DNA of 64,000 bases from Myxococcota bacterium (GTDB lineage: Bacteria; Myxococcota_A; SURF-8), in contig OZ223209.1 of NCBI GenBank assembly GCA_965140415.1, positions 4,160,001 through 4,224,000 of the forward strand, in the 5' to 3' direction. This document shows, piece by piece, positions 19,510 through 29,019 of this stretch. A program made the translations under genes and the position numbers. A model generated the notes under the pieces. It saw only the letters and a program-made list of their open reading frames with translations. It made no database searches and was not told the DNA's origin. Within the stretch, counting starts at the first letter, position 1; every line of letters begins with the position of its first letter.

Positions 19510-20034
19510 ATCTGGATGGTGAGCGAGTATCTGAGGGAGGCGTAAAATCAAGGTGTTTCTCTCTTTAGGATCTTGGTGGATTATCACGGATCGGGAATTT
19601 TCCTGGTTCGATGGGAGTATAACGAAATCAATTATGAAGGATTTCTGCTGTTAGGATGCGCTATTATACTGCTCAGGCATTTTTGAGATGGCTTCTAGTG
19701 ATTATCATTAAACTCCATGGGCCAGCTCAGTTAAGTCCCTGTTGACAGGTATAATTCAAGGTTTTAACATTCCTTTCGTTAAGTACCTACTATACAGCAT
19801 AGCACTTACTTTATAGTGTGTTATGAACTGATGGAGGGTGCCTATAATAATCGCATGCGACCTAAAAAAAGCTGGAGGCGTCGAGTTTTTCTGCTATTTT
19901 CAGCTTGCCATACATGTCATTGGAGGAAATTTGATTGCGTTTCCTCTATAAGGTCTGCAATCATTTCCCGATGACCTTATACAGTCATAAAGGGATGCCA
20001 CCTACTTGTATGATAACGGCAAGGTTGATTTCCG

Positions 20035-20712
20035 ATGTCTGAGAAAACGACTGAAGTTAAAGATAGCCACCTCCAACCCACACCAATCATCGACAGTGGA
20101 CATGAAAGAGTGCGTGCTTTTGCACTTGAACATGCCGGCAAATCCAACGATAAGGTTGAACAGGCCGTTGGGTTGTATTATGCGGTTCGCGATCTGATCC
20201 GCTACAATCCTTACACCTTTTCCCTAACCGTCGAAACGCTCAAGGCCTCCAGTAGTCTTACTACAGGCGAAGCATGGTGTGTGCCCAAGGCAGCCTTGCT
20301 TGCCGCCTGTTGCCGCGCAATGGGTATCCCGTCTCGTGTGGGATTCGCAGATGTCCGCAATCATCTGTCTACCAAACGTATGCGTGAAATGATGAAAACC
20401 GACGTGTTTCACTGGCACGGCTACACCCTGCTGTATCTTGAAGGCAAATGGGTGAAAGCGACTCCGGCATTCAACCGGGAACTGTGTGAACGATTCAACT
20501 TCAAGACGCTGGACTTCGATGGCACGCACGACTCTTTGTACCATCCTTTCGATCTTGATGGAAAGAAGCATATGGAGTATCTACACTTCAGGGGCGAGTA
20601 TGACGACGTGCCAATAGACGAAATGAAAGCGAGTATACAAGAGCTATACGGTAGCGAAACATTCGACGCAGACAACGCAGATTTTGACAAAGAAACGGAA
20701 AGGCTGGACTGA
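20035..20712 (+). CDS. Transglutaminase-like protein
   Basis: WCVPKAALLAACCRAMGIPSR; WHGY; WVKATP. Confidence 0.9.
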   Translation: MSEKTTEVKDSHLQPTPIIDSGHERVRAFALEHAGKSNDKVEQAVGLYYAVRDLIRYNPYTFSLTVETLKASSSLTTGEAWCVPKAALLAACCRAMGIPSRVGFADVRNHLSTKRMREMMKTDVFHWHGYTLLYLEGKWVKATPAFNRELCERFNFKTLDFDGTHDSLYHPFDLDGKKHMEYLHFRGEYDDVPIDEMKASIQELYGSETFDADNADFDKETERLD

Positions 20713-21359
20713 TGACTCATCGGACGCTTTGGTACTTTACGGATTGTGTGTGCGCCTGGTGCTACAGCATGGCACCGAACATGGAACGCTTAATGGATGA
20801 ATTCGGAGATCGGATCAAGCTGCGCCTGGTTAGTTATGGTCTGTGTCCGGCAGAGCGGGCGATCGTTTTGAGACCGGAAAGTCGGGAGGGGTTTAAAAAG
20901 GAACTGAATCGCATCGAGACCCGCACCGGTGTGGCTTTCGGCCAAGCTTTTCGTAACTTGATCGAACAGGACGGTCTGGTTTTCGATAGTCATCCCGCCT
21001 CTAAAGCCTTGGCTCTATTGCGCCGTACTCAGTCCGATGACACACTCTCTTTTCTCCATGCTATCCAGCGTTCCGTATATGAGGACGGCCATCTTCCCGG
21101 TGATGAAGCCATGTTGAAAGAGCATTTGCTTCGCTTCGGTATCACTGAAGAAGTTTTCAAACGGGATTGGAATTCTGAAGAATTAGAAGACGACACCTAT
21201 GATGATTATGACCTGACCATGGAACGAGATATCAACATTGTTCCCAGCCTTTTAGTTCCCGATGAACCGAACGCACCGCGTTTCTGTTCGGGATTCATTC
21301 GCTATGATCTGCTCAAACAGCGGGTATCGGATTGGCTGGACCGACAAGCAATCGTGTAG
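20712..21359 (+). CDS. DsbA/FrnE-family thioredoxin-fold protein
   Basis: YFTDCVCAWCY (CxxC); INIVPSL. Confidence 0.8.
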   Translation: MTHRTLWYFTDCVCAWCYSMAPNMERLMDEFGDRIKLRLVSYGLCPAERAIVLRPESREGFKKELNRIETRTGVAFGQAFRNLIEQDGLVFDSHPASKALALLRRTQSDDTLSFLHAIQRSVYEDGHLPGDEAMLKEHLLRFGITEEVFKRDWNSEELEDDTYDDYDLTMERDINIVPSLLVPDEPNAPRFCSGFIRYDLLKQRVSDWLDRQAIV

Positions 21360-21364
21360 CTTTA

Positions 21365-21670
21365 TCATTCCATCCAGAGGAAACGTTTCAGGTTTATCCG
21401 ATCGTTCTCATCGAAATGAACGCCCTCGCTCTGTAAAAGAGCTTTCTGTTCCTCATAACCTCTGGACCTGGGTAGGCTGATTGCACCCTTGGCATTGATG
21501 ACCCGTTGCCAGGGAAGATTATACTTGCGACTCATGGAATGGATGATTCGGGTCACCTGTCTGGCACCGTTGGGGTGTCCGGCCATGATTGCGATGGTTC
21601 CATATGTACAGACCTTCCCCTCTGGGATGCTTCTCATTATTTCGATCACTCTCCTGGTAAAGTCATTCAT
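21365..21670 (-). CDS. Alkyltransferase-like (MGMT/ATL) protein
   Basis: IPEGKVCTYG...ARQV...LPWQRVINAKG; W replaces the catalytic Cys. Confidence 0.9.
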   Translation of the reverse strand: MNDFTRRVIEIMRSIPEGKVCTYGTIAIMAGHPNGARQVTRIIHSMSRKYNLPWQRVINAKGAISLPRSRGYEEQKALLQSEGVHFDENDRINLKRFLWME

Positions 21671-21858
21671 GATATTCTTGTATGGTCCGTACCTGAATCC
21701 CAGTTTCTTCAACTGAAAACGCTGGATACCGGGAGTTATTCTCAGCAGTTCCATAACTACTCCGAAAAGAACGTCAGTATCCGGTTGAAGTTCATACCAC
21801 ACCTGTCAATAAGCACCAACACGTAAAAAACAATCTGAGAAGTCCATTCCGATTATAC

Positions 21859-21887
21859 TTGACTATTTGGCAAACTATCAAAACAAT
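21859..21887 (+). promoter_or_regulatory. Putative sigma70 promoter with an overlapping ArsR-type operator
   Basis: TTGACT-N17-AACAAT containing TTTG-N9-CAAA. Confidence 0.45.
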
Positions 21888-21893
21888 GTCTCC

Positions 21894-22205
21894 ATGACAT
21901 GTTGCACGACGAAAAAAACGAAGGAAGACTTCAAACGTCAGGCGAGAATCCACAAGGCACTGGCCAATGAGGCACGGCTGCTCATCGTAGACCGCTTGAA
22001 AAACTGCGAGTGTTCGGTGAGTGAGTTGGCATCAGCAGTGGAACTGGACATATCCACCGTGTCCAACCATCTTTCCGTACTTCTCTCCGCCGGGATTGTG
22101 GACAATCGCAAAGCAGGCACCACGGTCTATTACCGTCTGCTAACACCTTGTGTGCTTGACATGTTCGCATGCACCGAAAAGGTGTTGAAAAACCGCGACG
22201 GATAG
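21894..22205 (+). CDS. ArsR/SmtB family transcriptional regulator
   Basis: KALANEARLLIV...SVSELA...STVSNHLSVL..AGIV...G..VYYRL; Cys at both ends. Confidence 0.9.
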   Translation: MTCCTTKKTKEDFKRQARIHKALANEARLLIVDRLKNCECSVSELASAVELDISTVSNHLSVLLSAGIVDNRKAGTTVYYRLLTPCVLDMFACTEKVLKNRDG

Positions 22206-22229
22206 ATTTTCCCTATTGGAGAACACTCT

Positions 22230-22355
22230 ATGACCGAACAATCAACTGTATTACATACAATCATTCAAGCCGGACACGGCAAAGCTAAAACAATGGGTCT
22301 TCACTTGGATGAATTGACTATACTATTGAAAACCTTACTGGATTACGAGTTATAA
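22230..22355 (+). CDS. Possible 41-aa ORF or gene remnant
   Basis: GGAG then ATG in an AT-rich spacer; no motif recognised. Confidence 0.2.
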   Translation: MTEQSTVLHTIIQAGHGKAKTMGLHLDELTILLKTLLDYEL

Positions 22356-22398
22356 GCTTTTCTTCATTCTCTTTATGAGTAAGTTGTAGGGGTATCTA

Positions 22399-23607
22399 AT
22401 GTCCGAAAACCATTCATGGAAAGGTTGGGCGCTCTTCGGCGTCCTGTTTCTCGTCGCCACGCTGTCGGCGGCGCTCGTTACGAAACTATTGGTTCTGACC
22501 GCACTGCCGGTAGGCTTTCTGTTCGGGTTCTTTTTGCAAAAAGGCGACCTCTGCGGCTCAAGCGCCTTCAGCGAAGTGTTATTGATGAAGTCCTGGTCCA
22601 AGGTCTTCGGCATCTGGACGGTGATCGTCGTCTCAATGCTGGGCTTCGCTTTGCTGCATGGCTTCGATCTCATTACACTTACCATCAAACCGATGTGGTG
22701 GCTGAATTACCTGATCGGCGGCGCAGTCTTCGGTGTTGGTATGGTGCTGGCTGGAGGCTGCGTGTCGGGCTGCCTGTATAAAGCTGGGACAGGCAATCTC
22801 AACTCCATCGTGGCGTTGATCGGTATTCCGTTGGGCGTCTCGCTTGTGGAGTACGGACCTTTGAAGGGACTCTACAACGGCATGAAATCCGTGACGACGA
22901 CCGCACCGGATGGTGGCCCGCTGAGTCTTTTCGCGCTGCTCGGTGTTCCTTACTGGACGCTGGCGATCTTTTTCGCTGTGGCAACGATTATTGCTCTGGT
23001 TTTCTGGAAGAGAAAGTCTAGCAAAACCAACCCCCAACCCAAAACAGTAAAAGGATTCAAAGACTGGTTGATGCACCCATGGAAACCCTGGCAGGCGGGG
23101 GTGGCCATCGGATTGCTTGCCATGGCGGCCTATATGTCCTCCGCTGCCAGCGGACGAAACTATCCCCTCGGCGTCACCCACGGCGTGCTGTTCACTCAGG
23201 TGCTGATTACCGACTCCAGCATCCAGCACGTTTACGAGAAACCCGATCCCAAACCGGTGGTTTCAGATGCAAAACCGTTAGCCCCAAAACCAGAGAAAAA
23301 GGTTGTCTGGTGGCTGGTGTTGCTGGTCGGCGCTCTTGTGCTCGGCTCACACACCTCGGCGAGACTGTCAGGGCAAGCAAAGCTTCTTCCTAAACCACCT
23401 GATCAGGTACTGATCGCCCTGCTTGGCGGCTTCCTTGTCGGCACAGGTGCCGCGCTGGCCAAAGGATGCGTGGTCGGCAATATCATGAGCGGCTGGGCAC
23501 TGATGAGCCTTGGCACGGTATTTTTCGGTGTGGTGGCGATTCTGGCCAACTGGGCGACGACATATGTCTATCTGATGGGCGGGAACCCATTCTCCGGTAG
23601 GAAATGA
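22399..23607 (+). CDS. YeeE/YedE family sulfur-compound (thiosulfate) transporter
   Basis: Multi-TM; GFLFGFFLQKGDLC, GMVLAGGCVSG, GAALAKGCVVG (three conserved Cys). Confidence 0.88.
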   Translation: MSENHSWKGWALFGVLFLVATLSAALVTKLLVLTALPVGFLFGFFLQKGDLCGSSAFSEVLLMKSWSKVFGIWTVIVVSMLGFALLHGFDLITLTIKPMWWLNYLIGGAVFGVGMVLAGGCVSGCLYKAGTGNLNSIVALIGIPLGVSLVEYGPLKGLYNGMKSVTTTAPDGGPLSLFALLGVPYWTLAIFFAVATIIALVFWKRKSSKTNPQPKTVKGFKDWLMHPWKPWQAGVAIGLLAMAAYMSSAASGRNYPLGVTHGVLFTQVLITDSSIQHVYEKPDPKPVVSDAKPLAPKPEKKVVWWLVLLVGALVLGSHTSARLSGQAKLLPKPPDQVLIALLGGFLVGTGAALAKGCVVGNIMSGWALMSLGTVFFGVVAILANWATTYVYLMGGNPFSGRK

Positions 23608-23699
23608 TTGCACCGGAGGCGATCAGAAGATAGCGAATCGAAAGGATGAAAAAAGAGAAGCGGGCATCATGTCCCACTTCTCTGTCAGAGACCAAGATT

Positions 23700-25103
23700 C
23701 TAGGGTTCCTCTTCTTCCTGTTCACCGCAGAGGCAGGGGTCATCGGACTCGTTTACATCGCAACCGCCGCTTGTGTAAGAAGGATCAACAGCGGTGCAGA
23801 TGTCATCGCAGGATTGCATGGTCCAGTATCCGTAGTAGTAATCCTCACCTTCGCAGACAGACAGCATCCCGTTTTCCTCACAGTACATCTCGCCGGGGAA
23901 GCACTCCGGCATGACGCCGTCCATTGCACCATATTCACAGTTGCACAGTTCCGTTCCGCCTTCGTAACAACCCAGTGAATAGTAGTCGTAGCCATAGTTT
24001 TCATAACACCAATCATTGCAACTCATCGACTGGTAATAGCCCGGCTCGCCCTGGTGATCGGCTGGATCTGAATCGTCGTAGGGAGTGCAGCGGTTCAGGT
24101 TGTAATCATCCGCACACTGATCCTCGCCCACGAAACACTCAATGGGCTCGCCTTCGATTATGCCATATTCACACTGGCAGGGATTCTGCGTATCTTCCGC
24201 ATCGCAACCATAGGAGACATAATCCGCACCAAATTCCTCTACGCAGTAATCTTCGCAAAGGTACATTGTGAACCATTCACTGGGATTCTCACAGACGAAC
24301 AACTTCGATCCGTCCTCGCAATACATTTCCCCCGAAGTACAATAGGCAAGATCTCCGTCGGGAATGTCTTCGCCATCTCCATCCACATCTCCATCGATAT
24401 CACCATCCGGCAACTGACAGTCGCACAGATTACCGCTCTGATCTTCATCGCAGATCGAACTTGGCTGGTACTCTTCCCCGAACTGGCTTTCGCAATATTC
24501 CTCACAGGTCTTGTACTGGAACATGCTGGTATCGTCGCACACCTGCACGGTCTCGTTATCCAGGCAATACACCTCCCCCGGTGTACATTCCACCATGACA
24601 CCTAGCAACATGTCGTACTCGCATTCGCAGCCACTGGGATCGTCCGACGAGCACTGGATGCTGAAGATTTCCTCGTCCGGCGGTCGATGCTCCGCGCAGT
24701 AATCGTTGCAGTTAACCGTAACGATTTCCCCATCGCGGCATAAAGTCGCCTCGAAGTTTTCGCTACAGGCCAAAAGCTGATCCGCGCCACAGGAACTGTC
24801 GCCATCGATTTCGTAATCCACATCCCCCACCGGCACTCCGGCCAGGGCGTTGTCGCTGTCCGTTTCCACCGCATCCTGATCCCCTTGCCCGATAATGATG
24901 GTGTCTGAGTCCGAGCACGATGGGCTTCCCAGCGCCAGTCCTGCCGCCAGTAGCAACGTTACCGCCGCACGTGCGACTTTTTGCGGGAAGAACCAGGAAA
25001 GCCACAGCGCCCGCGCAGTTAGACTCTGAGCGCTTTCACTGCCGTACCGGGCCTGCCGATACCGTTTGATGGGCTGCACCTTAAAGGGGGATTTCTTGTT
25101 CAT
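23700..25103 (-). CDS. Cys-rich repeat lipoprotein with an extended N-terminal leader; probable radical SAM substrate
   Basis: Leader FKVQPIKRYRQARY; late hydrophobic segment ending LGSPSC; five 8-Cys repeats; 29 nt downstream of the rSAM gene. Confidence 0.8.
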   Translation of the reverse strand: MNKKSPFKVQPIKRYRQARYGSESAQSLTARALWLSWFFPQKVARAAVTLLLAAGLALGSPSCSDSDTIIIGQGDQDAVETDSDNALAGVPVGDVDYEIDGDSSCGADQLLACSENFEATLCRDGEIVTVNCNDYCAEHRPPDEEIFSIQCSSDDPSGCECEYDMLLGVMVECTPGEVYCLDNETVQVCDDTSMFQYKTCEEYCESQFGEEYQPSSICDEDQSGNLCDCQLPDGDIDGDVDGDGEDIPDGDLAYCTSGEMYCEDGSKLFVCENPSEWFTMYLCEDYCVEEFGADYVSYGCDAEDTQNPCQCEYGIIEGEPIECFVGEDQCADDYNLNRCTPYDDSDPADHQGEPGYYQSMSCNDWCYENYGYDYYSLGCYEGGTELCNCEYGAMDGVMPECFPGEMYCEENGMLSVCEGEDYYYGYWTMQSCDDICTAVDPSYTSGGCDVNESDDPCLCGEQEEEEP

Positions 25104-25132
25104 AATGACACCTTTATTTTATTCGTCGGTTT

Positions 25133-26254
25133 TCAATCGTAACCGTATTCCAACTGGTCCTGCTGATAACGATATTGTTTTTTCAGAAAATGCCGGTCCT
25201 TTTCCGCCCATAGAATGTTGCCGATTTCATCCGAAATGGGAATCAGCATGCGTTCGTGTTCGCATAGAATCGGGGCTACCTGGGTCAGTTCACCGGTAAG
25301 CTGCCAGTTCATACAACCGCAGTAGTTGGCACAACGTCCCTGCATGGCACAACCCTCACACTGGGGCCGGGGTTGCTTGTTGCGTTGAATCAACATCTGC
25401 CAGCGCTCGTTCAAGCCGGTGTCGGCGTGCCCGATCTGATACTCCTGCGCGTCGGGTCGGTCGCTGACGAACTGCACGCAGGGGAAAATACGACCATCCG
25501 GTGCCATGGAAATCTTCCGCTTACCGAAATCACATATTTCACCCAACTGAATCGGTGAACGGGCATGGCTTTTCAGTTTCTCATCGAACAGGCTCATATA
25601 GAAATATTCGCCGCTGCAGGTAGTCTCGATGTACCACCTGGCCAGCTTCTTGTAACTTTCCCGCAACGCCTCGAATGATTCCAGATCCCAGTCCGGATCG
25701 CTGAAGGCGGGTTGATGCACCATATAGCGAATTCCGCGCGACCACATGTACAGAATCGACTCGTAGAGGCGGTCGGCGGATTTGGGAGTAATGACGCTGG
25801 TAAAAATGCTGCGCGGATTGTAGCGCAGGATCATATCCAGTTTGCTGTCGATCAAATCGAAACTGCCACGCCCATCGGGTAAAATGCGTTGGCCGTCGTG
25901 AGCTTGACGATCACCATCTAACGAGATTGCATACAGGATGTTGTTATCGCGGCAAAACGCCAGACGTTCTTCGTTAAACAGCGTTCCATTGGTGCTTAGC
26001 CTGAAATGCATGGATTTTCCGACTTCACGCCCGCGCTGTAAGGAATACTCTGTCAATCGTTGCAGTAAATCGAACTGTAACAACGGCTCGCCACCGAAAT
26101 AGGAAACACAGGCGGAATTCTGACCGAGTTTCACTGCCAGATCGATCCCTTTTCGAGCGGTCTGCTCACTCATGTCTTCCTGAACTTTGCCGGGTGCATA
26201 GCAATAGGTACAGCGCAAGTTGCAGTTTTTCGTGAGATGTAAAATAATCTTCAT
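25133..26254 (-). CDS. Radical SAM/SPASM domain protein
   Basis: CNLRCTYC, FGGEPLL, ISLDG; SPASM C...DGRIFPC...CEGC.....C...CGC..........C. Confidence 0.95.
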   Translation of the reverse strand: MKIILHLTKNCNLRCTYCYAPGKVQEDMSEQTARKGIDLAVKLGQNSACVSYFGGEPLLQFDLLQRLTEYSLQRGREVGKSMHFRLSTNGTLFNEERLAFCRDNNILYAISLDGDRQAHDGQRILPDGRGSFDLIDSKLDMILRYNPRSIFTSVITPKSADRLYESILYMWSRGIRYMVHQPAFSDPDWDLESFEALRESYKKLARWYIETTCSGEYFYMSLFDEKLKSHARSPIQLGEICDFGKRKISMAPDGRIFPCVQFVSDRPDAQEYQIGHADTGLNERWQMLIQRNKQPRPQCEGCAMQGRCANYCGCMNWQLTGELTQVAPILCEHERMLIPISDEIGNILWAEKDRHFLKKQYRYQQDQLEYGYD

Positions 26255-26297
26255 AAACTCGGCACCCTTTCGAATCTCAGTGGCGGACAACTTGAAA

Positions 26298-26313
26298 AGC
26301 AAGTTTCAGGCCA
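26298..26313 (-). promoter_or_regulatory. sigma54 (-24/-12) promoter of the rSAM operon
   Basis: Minus strand TGGCCTGAAACTTGCT, ending 43 nt upstream of ATG 26254. Confidence 0.75.
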
Positions 26314-26572
26314 AATGATAGCAGCCGAACTTCAATAGCACAACTGACTTAACTATCTATTTTCACTAATTTATTATTACCCTTACCAATCAAACAGATC
26401 GATTCGCTTCCGTAAAGTGTCAAGCCAGCCTGTCATGTCCGCCATTGTTGACATCGTTAGCACTTTCTTCCCCTCCCCTTTTCCCCTGATTTCCATCACC
26501 ACACTTGACAGAAACCAGGGAAATTGTTTTGATATCGTTCAAGATCTCAAACCGTATCAAGGAAAATCGCAC

Positions 26573-27232
26573 ATGCAAACCATCAAGTTCAATGGCGAGA
26601 CAATCACCTCCAGCAAAGTGATTTGCGTCGGCCAGAATTATCTGACCCACATTCGCGAAATGGGCGGAAACGAGATTCCGGAAGAACCGGTGCTGTTTTT
26701 AAAACCCAACTCTGCGATTCGCTATAACCCACAGGAAATCACCATTCCCGCCTCACTCGGATTATTACATCACGAGGTGGAACTCTGTTTTCTAATCGGT
26801 AAAAAGGGATGTAATATTCCGGTTGAACAGGCGCAGGAATACATCGCCGCCTATTGCATCGGCATCGACTTCACCCTGCGCGATCGCCAAAACGTCGCCC
26901 GCAAATCCGGCCTACCCTGGGATCTGGCCAAAGGCTTCGATGCTTCCGGCATATACGGAGAGCTGGTTGCTTGTGACAAACTTTCGAATATCAACAACTT
27001 GGATGTCTCACTTACTCTGAATGGGAAATTGCGACAACAGGGACACACCTCGGATCTGCTTCGAAAACCCAATGAATTGCTTAGTTACGCCAGCCGCTTT
27101 GTGACACTGGAAGTGGGTGATCTGTTCATGACCGGTACCCCGAAAGGTGTTGGAGCCGTGGAAGATGGCGACCGCATCCTGGCGGAAATCAGCACCCTAC
27201 CCAGCCTGGAATTTATAGTTCACCGCTCCTAA
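26573..27232 (+). CDS. Fumarylacetoacetate hydrolase family protein
   Basis: KVICVGQNY..H..E, FLKP, HHEVEL, GDLFMTGTPKGVG. Confidence 0.93.
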   Translation: MQTIKFNGETITSSKVICVGQNYLTHIREMGGNEIPEEPVLFLKPNSAIRYNPQEITIPASLGLLHHEVELCFLIGKKGCNIPVEQAQEYIAAYCIGIDFTLRDRQNVARKSGLPWDLAKGFDASGIYGELVACDKLSNINNLDVSLTLNGKLRQQGHTSDLLRKPNELLSYASRFVTLEVGDLFMTGTPKGVGAVEDGDRILAEISTLPSLEFIVHRS

Positions 27233-27292
27233 ATCAGGTTATATTGTTATTTCTGGTTCATTTTAACTTTTAATTACAAACAGTTAACCAAC

Positions 27293-27334
27293 TAGGAAAA
27301 TTTTTCCTAAAGCTTTTTGCTCATTTGCCGAATA
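27293..27334 (+). promoter_or_regulatory. sigma28 (FliA-type) promoter with an overlapping palindrome
   Basis: TAAA(27308)-N15-GCCGAATA(27327); TAGGAAAA-T-TTTTCCTA at 27293-27309. Confidence 0.7.
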
Positions 27335-27379
27335 CACATACAGGAGTGTTTTATTACGGGTCTGGACAAGGATGCCACC

Positions 27380-27589
27380 ATGATTTCATCACTCGCTTCC
27401 ACAATTCTCAATTCCCAAGCCGCCTCTCAGCAGCAGGAAATCGCAGTTGCCGTAGCCAAGATGGCGCTGGATTCTCAAAAAAGCGAAGGAGCGGCATTAG
27501 TTGAGATGCTGCAACAGAACGTCGCAGCGGCACAAATGGCCAACGCCATCGATTCTCAACTTGGCCAGATGGTCGACGTCTACGCCTAA
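27380..27589 (+). CDS. YjfB-like putative motility protein
   Basis: AVAVAKMALDSQKSEGAALVEML...LGQMVDVYA. Confidence 0.8.
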   Translation: MISSLASTILNSQAASQQQEIAVAVAKMALDSQKSEGAALVEMLQQNVAAAQMANAIDSQLGQMVDVYA

Positions 27590-27702
27590 GTTAATTTAGC
27601 TCTGCCCACCCACGAATTCTTGTAGGATTCTCTTCCAATCAGGATGCAGGCAGTCACATGATCTGCACGTTGCGGTTCTGATCCCAGAATCTACGAAAAC
27701 AC

Positions 27703-27728
27703 AAAAAACGGCGGGATCGACCCGCCGC
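27703..27728 (-). terminator. Intrinsic terminator
   Basis: CGGCGGG/CCCGCCG stem followed by T6 on the minus strand. Confidence 0.8.
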
Positions 27729-27756
27729 TATAAGTAACTTTTCCTTGTACTACTCT

Positions 27757-28899
27757 TTATTTTCCGAATAGAGCCTTGCCGCCGGCTCTGCGTTCACCGG
27801 CTTTAATCTGTCGGATCACCTCCAGGATTTCCGCTTTGATCGACAACATTTCATGCGTCATGGGAGGATTGGCTTTCATCGTTTTGTAAAGTTTGACGAA
27901 AGTGGCTAGCGCATCTTCGGTGAGATCGGGAGAAAGGTATTGTGACCATCCCAGCTTGTACAGAATTCGATAATAGGTTTTACCGGGTTTGTAATGCTCC
28001 AGCGCCTGTTCATAGAGCGTAGCCGCCTTCGAATAGTGATCAAAGGCAGTCGGCGTATCGAATTCATACTCCGCCATACGGAAATAGGCATCGCCTAGAT
28101 ATTTGCTACTCGGGTATTTCTTAACGAAAGACCGCCACAGGGCAATCGCCTGTTTCTGCATGCCGACTTCCATCTTCACCGCCGCCAGCAGACGATGAAC
28201 GCTGTCCATCGCTTTGAAGCCGGGAAAGCGCTTTCCGATTTCTTCGCAGGCTGCGATGATACGCTCATAATTGCTGTTGTATTCACGCGAAATCATGATG
28301 GAAGGCTGCCCATTCAGAATCGACCTCGGTTTGACAGGAGCGACTTCCACATCCTTGTCGCCATCGGCAACGGGTTGCGGTTCTGCGACAGGCTTGGTTT
28401 CCTGCTGCAACGCTTGCGGTGCCTGGCTTCGCACGGCGTAAAGCTCCTGGGCGAAAAAGAGCAAAATGTAAGGATCGGCATCCAGCTTCAATCGCTCAGT
28501 CGCTAAAAATGCAAAAGCCTTACGAAGTTCGTCCAGTTCCTTGTTCATTTCGCTGACTTTGACATTCAACTCGGCGTGAATACCTTCAATTTTCTCTTTG
28601 CTGCTGACCGCATCCAAACTACTATCGGAGTAAATTGCGTTCAGTTGTTTATCGCGATCGGCTTCCAACTGCGCCAACTGCTTCGGATACTGCAACAACT
28701 TCAAATGGATCTGGTACAGTCCCTGATCTGTCTCGTTGAATACCTCTGGAAATTCAACAAGTTGGGGACGAAACTCCAAACTAAACTGTAGTCCGGGCGA
28801 GGAAATCGCCTGAGCGCTTAAAGGAATCAACAACATCAAGATTGCGAGCAAACAACCCGTAATCCGGCTTTTTGTTTGAATCATGCGAGCTTGCGGCAT
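27757..28899 (-). CDS. Secreted tetratricopeptide-repeat protein (start uncertain)
   Basis: Signal peptide; FVKKYPSSKYLGDAYFRMAE, ILYKLGWSQY TPR-like helices. Confidence 0.8.
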   Translation of the reverse strand: MPQARMIQTKSRITGCLLAILMLLIPLSAQAISSPGLQFSLEFRPQLVEFPEVFNETDQGLYQIHLKLLQYPKQLAQLEADRDKQLNAIYSDSSLDAVSSKEKIEGIHAELNVKVSEMNKELDELRKAFAFLATERLKLDADPYILLFFAQELYAVRSQAPQALQQETKPVAEPQPVADGDKDVEVAPVKPRSILNGQPSIMISREYNSNYERIIAACEEIGKRFPGFKAMDSVHRLLAAVKMEVGMQKQAIALWRSFVKKYPSSKYLGDAYFRMAEYEFDTPTAFDHYSKAATLYEQALEHYKPGKTYYRILYKLGWSQYLSPDLTEDALATFVKLYKTMKANPPMTHEMLSIKAEILEVIRQIKAGERRAGGKALFGK

Positions 28900-29019
28900 A
28901 GTGATTTTTCTCCTTGCCAGTAGCGTTGCGATTTTATCTATGTACATTCCAAATGATCGAGTATTGTTGCTGACTCGTGAAGTCATTAAACGAAAGCCTT
29001 TTTCTCCGACATCAAGCAG

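Noticed and set aside
25133-26254. Assigning the rSAM enzyme as a PlpX-type splicease or a sulfatase maturase
   Set aside because: The partner has a few YG motifs, but the enzyme looks anSME-like rather than PlpX-like by eye and no sulfatase is adjacent; left unassigned.
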